From Octopus vulgaris (Eukaryota), in assembly GCA_951406725.2 (NCBI GenBank), contig OX597827.1, positions 57,722,001-57,786,000 of the forward strand: DNA of 64,000 nucleotides. The letters run 5' to 3'. The notes under the pieces are model-generated. The model did no database searches. It saw only the letters and a program-made list of their open reading frames with translations, and had not been told where the DNA came from. Numbering within the stretch: the stretch's first letter is position 1; each line of letters starts with the position of its first letter. Positions 55,203-64,000 of the stretch are shown one piece after another. The position numbers were made by a program, and so were the translations under genes.

Positions 55203-55358
55203 CTTTATTTAAAGCAGCAGAAAATTCAACAAAACCTGTTACTCTGAGTTTCACGTTCCCGTTCGTCAGACAGTTTTCTAGCAAAAACTGTCCAATGAAC
55301 GGGAACGTGAAACTCAGAGTAACAGGTTTTGTTGAATTTTCTGCTGCTTTAAATAAAG
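55203..55358. repeat. Fold-back inverted repeat (arms about 74 bp) between (TA)n tracts
   Basis: ctttatttaaagcagcag...cagtttt versus aaaactg...ctgctgctttaaataaag. Confidence 0.97.
55236..55273 (-). ncRNA. Minimal type I hammerhead ribozyme motif
   Basis: Minus strand CUGU-CUGACGA-ACG ggaa CGU-GAAAC-UCAGA-GUA-ACAG: complete catalytic core, stems I, II and III, GUA cleavage triplet. Confidence 0.85.
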
Positions 55359-55429
55359 CATATTACCCTACCACTGGTATTTGAGTACTCTTTTTTCCAC
55401 CTTGTTTCACATTTATGTGTTTACTCCGG

Positions 55430-55507
<78 letters not shown>

Positions 55508-55544
55508 TATATATATATATATACACATACATACATGCATACAT

Positions 55545-55743
55545 GGAGGAAGAGCAAAGCCTGGGTGGCATGCCACAGTTTGAGATCTGTATGGAAGCCA
55601 GTCCTTCATAAAGACCTGAAGATCCGTCTCTTCATTGCTGCAGTGGAGTCTGTACTGTTATACGGATCTGAGACTTGGGCACTGACCATTAAACTCACTC
55701 AGATGGTGGGTGGGTGCCACACGAAAATACTGAGAATGGGCTG
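55545..55743 (+). mobile_element. RTE/RTEX-type LINE fragment
   Basis: [15 protein letters not shown]...LKIRLF.AAVESVLLYGSETW. Confidence 0.85.
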
Positions 55744-56269
55744 ACAAGGCAGTTTTCCTTTGTCTGGTGGCTGTGGCGAAAGAGGTTATCTGGCAGATGA
55801 GGCCAAAAGGAACGAGGACAGAAATATTCCTCTTTAGTAAAAGCCCTCATCGACTTTTTCAAGTTTCATTTAAAAAGGAAAGTGAGGGTGGAAAGAGAAG
55901 TGCTGTCCTCGAGTGAATTTATGAAAAGGTAGGTGAAAGTTGCGAAAATGGCAAGAGTGGATGGTAGCACTCTCAGTGTAGACCTGTGAGTCGGAAGGAA
56001 GTAGTTGGAGAGGGCTCTCATCCTTGGTATTCAGGGTGATTTTGGATGGTGGATTTCCTTCATTATCCCTAGAGGTCCTCTTGAATCAGGGGGATCCCAT
56101 TATGATTTTGTCCCCTCTTTTTCGAGTGACATTTACTATGTATACTTCCCTTCTAGTGTATACCGTGTATACTTTTATTCCATTATTCCATTATATGTAA
56201 ACCCCAACACTTTATACCTGTCTTTGTATTGTCTCCCTCATCCTTCACCCAGATGGTAAATAAAAGAAA

Positions 56270-56275
<6 letters not shown>
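55744..56275 (+). mobile_element. L1/Tx1-like LINE 3' end with UTR
   Basis: AVFLCLVAVAKEVIW..R.....F.FHLKRKVRVERE, pyrimidine-rich UTR, aataaa then (att)n. Confidence 0.6.
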
Positions 56276-56311
<36 letters not shown>

Positions 56312-56312
<1 letters not shown>

Positions 56313-56742
56313 CCTTCTTTCTTCAAATTTTCTTCCATTTCTCGCCGAGTGTTTTCCGTACACCTAGAGCAGAGAAGCTCATTGTATGCATTCCCAGATT
56401 ACACATGCAAATTCACAGGTAAAATATGTATTTAAAAAATTAATAAATAAATAAATTCATAAATGGATGTTGTTTTCACAGCGATAATGCTCTTCTCAGT
56501 ACATGAGTCGTTCCAGTTATCACGATTTTTTGCACTTCCTGGAGGGATGGCAAGCCTGGTATCATTTTCAAATAGGTTTCAGTACCTTTTTTTTTTTTTA
56601 ACATTCCTAGAGATCCTACAATCACTGGTACTGTAGTCGCCTTGAGATGCCACATTTTTTCAATTTCTATTAGCAAATCTTTATATTTACTGATCTTGTC
56701 AAATTCTTTCGCCGCTATATTGTGATCGCAAGGAATACACAT

Positions 56743-56743
<1 letters not shown>
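56312..56743 (-). mobile_element. R4/Dong-like RLE 3' fragment inside a (TAA)n tract
   Basis: PCDHNI..KE.DKISKYKDL..EI.KMW.....VPVIVGSLG...QK....GT..VLRR.L; (att)n on both sides. Confidence 0.88.
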
Positions 56744-56774
<31 letters not shown>

Positions 56775-57192
56775 AATTTAGTCTCATAACAGTCAATAAC
56801 AAGTAAAAGAATAAAAGAATATAAATACTTGGGTCAAATGGTTCAACTATCCCTTTCAAAGCAGTGCTGTGGAATGGCCATAATTCAGAAACTGAAACGA
56901 GTAAAAAGAATTTTTTTGTTTTTGCATTTTTGTTCTTTTGATTTCTAGACTTTATTGTATTTATTATCTATTGCTTCTTTTCCTAGAATTGCATCGATCT
57001 CTGGCTTTTACTTGCATAAAACAAATCACCAATGCCAACATGCTGAGTACATCTATCACCTGTGGATATATTATAGGGTCAGCTTACTCTCTGTAGTAGA
57101 GGTAATGCTTTTAACTACTATGAATCATACTGAGGATTTGTTTGCTTCTTTCTTTCTCAGCATTCTTGTATATATGGGTGTATACACACAAA

Positions 57193-57660
57193 TATCATCA
57201 TCATCATCGTTGTCGTCGTCATCATCATCATCATCATCATTGATTAACGTCCGCTTTCCATGCTTGCATGGGTTGGATGGTTTGACTGAGGGCTGGCAAA
57301 CCAGATGGCTGCACCAGGCTCCAATCTGATCTGGCAGAGTTTCTACAGCTGGACGCTCTTCCTAACACCAGCCACTCTGAGAGTGTAGTGGGTGCTTTTA
57401 CGTGCCACCGGCACGAGGGCCAGTCAGGCGGTGCTGGCAATGGCCATGCTCAAATGGCGTTTTTTATGTGCCACCTGCACAGGAGCAAGTCCAGCGGCAC
57501 TGGCAACGACCTTGCTCAAATGTTTTTTCACATGCTGCTGGCACAAGTGATGCTGATAACGATCATTCTTGAATGGTGCTTTTTATGTGCCACCGGCACA
57601 GAAGCCAGTTTGCTGCTCTGGCAACAATCATGCTCAGATGGTCCTCTTAACACTCCACTA
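57193..57660 (-). mobile_element. Family C SINE with internal tandem modules (tgcttttacgtgccaccggcac-like)
   Basis: Family C core plus 4-5 repeats of the module. Confidence 0.85.
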
Positions 57661-57678
57661 GCATATATATTTACATAT

Positions 57679-57886
57679 ATACAAAATTAAGAGGAATGAC
57701 CACCAAACTGGACTCCTAATATACTAAAGGTAAACGTCAAATCACCTTACCATGAAGAGTGTGTTCTCAAGAAAAATTTCGGCTGAAATTTTTCTTGAGA
57801 ACACACTCTTCATGGTAAGGCAATTTGACATCTATCTTTAGCATATTAGGAGTCCAGTTTGGTGGTCATTCCTCTTAATTTTGTAT
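57679..57886. repeat. 208-bp spacerless palindrome
   Basis: Centre at 57782/57783 (tttcgg|ctgaaa); I count about 7 arm mismatches, all transitions. Confidence 0.97.
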
Positions 57887-58049
57887 CTAATATAATTTTT
57901 AATGTTCAGATTTTTTTACACATACACACATATATATATGTGTGTATATGTGTTTGCGTGTGTGTGTGTGTATGTGTGTGTGTGTGTGTGAGAGTGTGTG
58001 TGTGTGTGTGTGTGCACGTGTGTGTGTGTGTGTGCGCCTATATACTGTG

Positions 58050-58370
58050 AAGGTGTGTGGCTTGGTGGTTAGGGCATTCAGCTCACAATTGCAAGGCTGT
58101 GAGTTCAATTCCTGGTGATATGTTGTGTCCTTGGGCAAGACTCTTTATTTCACGTTGCTCCAGTCCACTCAGATGGCAAAAATTAGTAGTACCTGTATTT
58201 CAAAGGGCCAGCCTTGTCACACTCTTTGTCACGCTGAACCTCCCTGAGAACTATGTTTAGGGTACATGTGTCTGTGGAGTTCTCAGCCACTTGCACGTTA
58301 ATTTCACGAGCAAGATGTTCTGTTGATCTTATCAGCTGGGACCATCATTGTTGTAACTGTCAGAGTGCTC
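58050..58370 (+). mobile_element. tRNA-derived SINE (family D head, alternative tail)
   Basis: gaaggtgtgtggcttggtggttagg...gagttcaattcc; tail shared with 51172-51340. Confidence 0.8.
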
Positions 58371-58419
58371 CTATATATGTATACACATACACATATACAC
58401 CTAGAAACAAAGAGTACAA

Positions 58420-60130
58420 ATTTACTTGAATATGTGCCAAATACATAGTGGCTTAGATATGAATCTAGTACAAAGTGGCTTAGATATGAATGGACCTACT
58501 CAGTGGTCCCATTCAGATAGAGGAGGTGAACAATACATAAACTCTATAAATAGTAATATACAAATAATTAACAAACATAATGTTAAATATAATAGTAAAT
58601 GAATCCAATGCCGTAATAAGAACCAGATAAATAGATTACACACTTTTACAAAAAGCTTAGGTAGAAATAGAAATACATACCTCAGTAACATGGATACCTC
58701 CAGCTTTATTGAATGGTATATAATTCCCTTTGGAAAACAAATAATTTCCAATATACCATAATTGTTTTATTTGGCATTGACTAAACATTTTCCAAAAGAT
58801 GGTAAATACTATAGGATTTTAAAATAAAAATAGGATTAGATTAGCTTTCTGTAATAGAAAAAATCTAGCTCAAATTATAGCAGTACACAATAATAGTAAA
58901 ATTAATGGTTTCCATATGAGCAATAGCAATAATAGTAACCAGAATTGTAATTATAGATCAATAAATAGCAACATGTCCACTGGAGTGGACAAACCATTAG
59001 TAACACAACTAGGTATCAGGATAGGAACTATGGTTTGGCAACCAATAAAATAGAAGCGACCTGAGGGAACTCCACAACTAACCTGGAAGTAGATGTGAAT
59101 CCTAAACAGCAAAGTACTCAGAACATTGTCTATGTGGAAAGGACTAATAATTTAGAAGACAGACAAGAGAATATAAAAATTACATCTAGAGTAGGTGAAG
59201 TAGATAATAGTAATAGGAGTAGTAGAACTATTAAATGCAATTGTGCAAGGAACAGGGTCTGTCCATTTAACTCTATTTGTAGGCATAAAAATATCATATA
59301 CAGATGTAAGATTACCTCACAGAATAGGTGTCAACTCGTGTTATAATAAGCAGAGAATTGCCAATCATTTAAGTTCGTTTAGAAATAGGGACAAAATGAA
59401 TACTACCAGCCTTAGCAAGCTAATTTGAGCACTAAAAGATAGTACCAAAATATTTTCGATTGCTTGGAAAATAAAAAGTAAAGCAAAACCTCGTAGAATA
59501 GGCAATTATAGATGTGACTTTTGTGCGGAAGAAATGTACCAAATTTTCACTTCTAAATTTATTCTAATAAACACAAGACAGGCTACGACAAGCTACAAGA
59601 TGTCCACACTGGATTGAATATATGTTTAAATGATTTAAAGAAACATAATTTACCATCTATAGTAAGTATACTAGTTAAAATAATGATTGATATGATTAAT
59701 GATATTTATGAAAATAATACTAATAAATATAATTATATTAATAATAACCATTATTGAGGGTATAAAACCAAAATAAGTGAAATACCTCTGAATAAATAAT
59801 GTACTCCAAACAGTAAAATTGAAACAAACTGCTATAATTAATTGTAATATAAATAAACATTTCAAAACCACGATTCATCTGTGGTGCCAGTAGAGGTGAT
59901 TAAAAGACGAGAATTCAATTTGATTAAGTAAGTAATGCTAACTGAATACCAATGCAAGAAGCTTGTTTGAATTAGTTCACTTTGAAAATGTTGTAAGTGA
60001 TGGACCCTTGAGGAAATAACATTGACTAGGATGCATAATTGCATACAGTGTAGTTGCTGCAATAGAAACAAATGTTGGTCATTGTTATATATGGTGTGGA
60101 AAACTTTTTCAATAAAAATGTTTGGGATGT
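58420..60130 (+). mobile_element. Decayed Penelope-like element (third endonuclease type)
   Basis: WYIIPF..KHFPK..IIAVHN, CNC....CPF...C..KNIIY.C.I, KQRIANH.SSF......TSLSKLI..LKD...WKI...A......CD.C.EE; degenerate GAAACaaatGTTggtc near 60065. Confidence 0.8.
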
Positions 60131-60181
60131 GAATAAATTTCTGCTCTCCTCTTGGTTTTCAATTATATATATATACACACC

Positions 60182-60212
<31 letters not shown>

Positions 60213-60229
60213 ATATACATTTACACACT

Positions 60230-60261
<32 letters not shown>

Positions 60262-60977
60262 CACACACATGTACATGCATATATATAATGATTATATGTT
60301 GCAAATAAATGAGAGGAGAAAAATATTGACGTATATGGTTTTTATTTTATTGTTACAATGTAAGATAGAACTTTTTTTGATTTGTTGTTGTACACAGATT
60401 ATTTAGAGTTTTGTTATCCATTTTGTAGGTAGTTAAATTAATCTCTGAGTGACAGCTAGAAGATGAATGGAAGAAGGAGAGAGAAAGAGAAAAAGAAATT
60501 ACCTCTCTATATTGACAAGTAGAGTGAGTGAAAGTTGTGTAGTACCAGGATGACAAGCCATACATGAAGTGCTATTTTTGCTAGGAGCCAAGTGAAAAAA
60601 GTAGAAGTAAATCTGTGCTTCATATTTATAATTTTTCTAACTAAATTAGGTCAGGCCAAAAGGAAATTCTCTGTCTCTTATCTGCTTTAACCTAAGTTTG
60701 ATTCAAAATGATCACAGGTTAACAATTGACTCTGATGAATTTTCTAGTGCAATGGCCAAAAACAATAGAAAAGAACTCAGTAAGATGTGGGCTGGGTTTC
60801 AAATCTGGGTTAAGAATCTAGAAAGCTATTCATTACATTTACACACACACACACACGTATGTATGTATGTATGTATGTATGTATATGTATATTGATATAT
60901 ATATATATATATATATAATGTATGTATGTATGTATGTATGTATGTATATATATATATAAGTATGTATGTATGTATAG

Positions 60978-61182
60978 ATTTGTGCGTCTGTGTTTGTCCC
61001 CCCTAACCATCGCTTGATAACAGATGCTGGTGTGTTTATATCCCCGTAACTTAGTAGTTTGGCAAAAGGGCTGATAGAATAAGCACTAGGCTTACAAAGA
61101 ATAAGTCCTAGGGTCAATTTGCTCAACTAAAGGCAGTGCTCCAGCATGGCCACAGTCAAAATGACTGAAACAAGTAAAAGAA
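60978..61182 (+). mobile_element. SINE family A 3' half
   Basis: Family motifs. Confidence 0.85.
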
Positions 61183-61183
61183 T

Positions 61184-61261
<78 letters not shown>

Positions 61262-61667
61262 TCATTTTATATTTAAAAAGCTCAGCAGCATACAACAACA
61301 ACAATATGCTAGTTACACCAACTCTTACAGTCTCTCTAACAGAGAGAATAATCTGTATTGAATGTCAAACAGCCTATTGAATGAATGTCTCAGATACATA
61401 GCCAAGTTAAGCAGCACATTTTGTCAAACTATCTGTCTAACCAACGATGAAATACTTCCTCATGTTTCACAGATTTACCGTTGATCAATAATACTGTTTA
61501 ACTCTTTGTAACTATTTTCATTCATAAATAAATAATCTGCCCAGTTAATCTTTGCATCTAAATAAATACACATCGGATTATTCTGTTAGACCGACCAAAG
61601 TCTTGTAAATGGATTTGGTGAATGGAGCCTGAATGAATATCTTGTATATAAGACACACACACACACA

Positions 61668-61713
<46 letters not shown>

Positions 61714-62094
61714 AATGAGTAAATGAGCATCACTGTTATAAAAGGGGTGTTGTTTCCGGTCTTCTATGAAAAGGGTCTGACTTTGCGGAGGTATTACCTT
61801 GCTTCCAAAAATAGGGGTGGGGTTTAAGACAGGAAGGGTATCCTGCCAAAGGAAATTTGATGCAACAAATTCTGACTGATCCATGCAAGCAAGGAAAAGT
61901 GGATGTTTAATGATGATGATGGTGGTGGTGGTGGTGGTGGTAATGATAAGTCACCAGTTGTTTGTATCCCTGCAACAGAGCAAAGATGCATCTTTTGAAA
62001 ATGCCCTTGACCCTCTGGGAACAGCCTAGTTCCAGCAACTAATAAATGTTACATTAGCTTGCAAAGCTAAACTGGATAAAACTGTGACCAGACA

Positions 62095-62378
62095 GGCATA
62101 TGGTGTAGAGCGTGGGCTACTAACCCCAAAATTCTGAGTTCGATTCCAAGCAGTGACCTGAACAACAGTAATAATAACATCAAAGAATACCTTAGGAATG
62201 AGAACCCAGGTTCGAAATTTCCCCAAGACACCTGAAGAAGGCTGGATGGTATATCGCCTTTTTCCCAAACTTCTCAAACCTGCTATAATGTAATACATGT
62301 TTTTGTTGTTGTAATTGTCCGCAGCTGACAAGATGAGGACAAATATCCGGCGAATGTAAATAATGTAAATAATGTAAT
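62095..62378 (+). mobile_element. tRNA-headed SINE-like element with partial hammerhead core
   Basis: ggcatatggtgtag (partial A box), gagttcgattcc (B box), CTGAAGA-aggc...gcct at 62232-62259, (aatgtaaat)n tail. Confidence 0.6.
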
Positions 62379-62837
62379 ACTTGTTTATTTACATTGCTTG
62401 GAAGTAATCATACATTATCTTGTAGCTTCAAGATTTTGATGAAGTGATTTTTAGAATGACATTGTATGTAGGTATGAGAGGTTGGGTCTGCTCAGTTTTA
62501 ACATAAAACAGGTAGAATATTTGGGCTAGATATGGCCAGTTAGATACTAAATATATGCTAAAGTGTCAAGCCATGAAAAGTGGGATATTAGGGGCCTTTT
62601 CAATCAGAGCTCACTTTGTATCTGCATCTGAATACACAGACCCAAGGAAGAGGTTTTGTTGCACCCTGCTGAAGGAGAGCCCTAAGTTCAGAAAAATGAG
62701 TCAAGTAGGAGTACACGAAAGTTTATGAGCAGCACAGCAATTTACAGAAGTGAGAGGAGACTCTCTCCTATCGCGAACATATTCTTGCTTTTCATAATAG
62801 CATATTCTTTGAATAATCCATTGATCAGGTTACCTTA

Positions 62838-63198
62838 TCTATATATATAAAGCTGAAGTTGTCTGTGTATGGCAGGTTTGGTAGCCTTCAACTAACACTA
62901 TCTCCTCCGAGACCCTGCAGTGCAAGTTGACCAAAATTGAGAGTATGATAGAAGGCTTGCATTTCATTCTGTAGAAGATAAATTTCAAATCGGACCATGT
63001 TAACACCAAAAATTATTTACATCAAAAAGGTGCTTTTTTTCTATGAAAATCCCTATTTTTTACAATTTTTTTACTGCTGTGTTGCCATTTTTCAGTGTAT
63101 TTCAACCAGAAAAATGTTCACTTAAAATTTTTACTTTTCAAAAATTCCAATTCTAAAGGGTCGAAACAAACCTGAGCAACGCCGGGTGATACTTCTAG
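62838..63198 (+). mobile_element. Non-autonomous Helitron
   Basis: A|TCtatatatataaag start, subterminal GC hairpin cctgagcaacgccggg, CTAG|T end. Confidence 0.85.
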
Positions 63199-64000
63199 TG
63201 TTTTATATAATTTTTTGATTTCCAGTGCAATAGTTGTAAAGAAAGCTCAATCTAAAACGAGTGGTTCAAATTCATTCAACTCTACTTTTCTGAGAGTTTT
63301 TCAGCAGAAAACTGACAGTTGCCCAAATGGGCAAGTCTCCTCTCTCCATGCTACTGCTGTTATCCAATGGAAAATCCACTTCTTAAAAGCTAATACTGTT
63401 TGGAGCCAACTGTTATTCTAATCGTTGTCAGATCTCAAAGGTCTGGGAGCAATACCACAAGCATCTAGCAGACTGAAAAATCTGCCATCCAAGGTAGGCA
63501 CTCTATTTATTGACCCCGAAAGGACAGAAGACAAAGTTGACCTTGGTGGGATATGAACTCGTAACACAAAGAACTAGTGCAAATACTAAAGGACATTCTA
63601 TCCCATGCTCTAATGACTCAGCTAATTTCTGATTTGCTGATTCCGTGCCATGAAAAATGGCATAATTCCAATACACTGTAATACAGTCTAGTGATAGCAA
63701 AGATGAGAAACAAGCTGTTATAAGTGTAGTTGTAGCTTTTAATTTTTGCTCTCTGTACTCTCTGCATGTGTGTGTGTGGAGAGAGAGAAAGAGAGAGAGA
63801 GAAGGCGAAAGAGAGATGTATATTGGCATACATCGATAAATCTGCCTTTAGGTTTTTAAATTGCTAAATAAGCCACCTATATTATTTGTAGTTTTCACTT
63901 TTACTATTTTTTAAATCAGCATATGAATTTCAATGGTTTTCTTGTAAGACTGACACAGAGAGGTGAGTTTAACCCTTGGCACAGTAAGAGCCATTGATTA

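Overview
AT-rich, repeat-saturated eukaryotic DNA. The SINE families and the dense (TA)n/(CATA)n/(CA)n/(GAT)n microsatellites suggest an octopus or other coleoid cephalopod genome; this is inference from repeat style, not a database match. I recognise no host protein-coding gene, rRNA, tRNA gene or CRISPR array, and most ORFs in the supplied track are microsatellite or SINE artefacts. The window contains: a ~3.3-kb 30-bp minisatellite (1.36-4.66 kb); a full-length but decayed pogo-type transposon (13.96-16.56 kb); a cluster of Penelope-like retroelements (PLEs) with GIY-YIG endonucleases (21.8-26.0 kb, including one stop-free frame missed by the ORF track) and another PLE at 58.4-60.1 kb; CR1, RTE, Tx1-like and R4/Dong LINE fragments; mariner/Tc1 remnants; hAT, piggyBac-type and Helitron non-autonomous elements; and dozens of SINEs, many nested and several with clear TSDs. 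The best candidate for an under-described system is a set of short fold-back or ribozyme-bearing elements linked to PLEs. These are an intact minimal hammerhead ribozyme in a hairpin at 55.2 kb, a 208-bp palindrome at 57.7 kb, a hammerhead split by a SINE at 22 kb, and a tRNA-headed SINE carrying half a hammerhead at 62.2 kb. Coordinates were counted by eye and boundaries of decayed elements are approximate.
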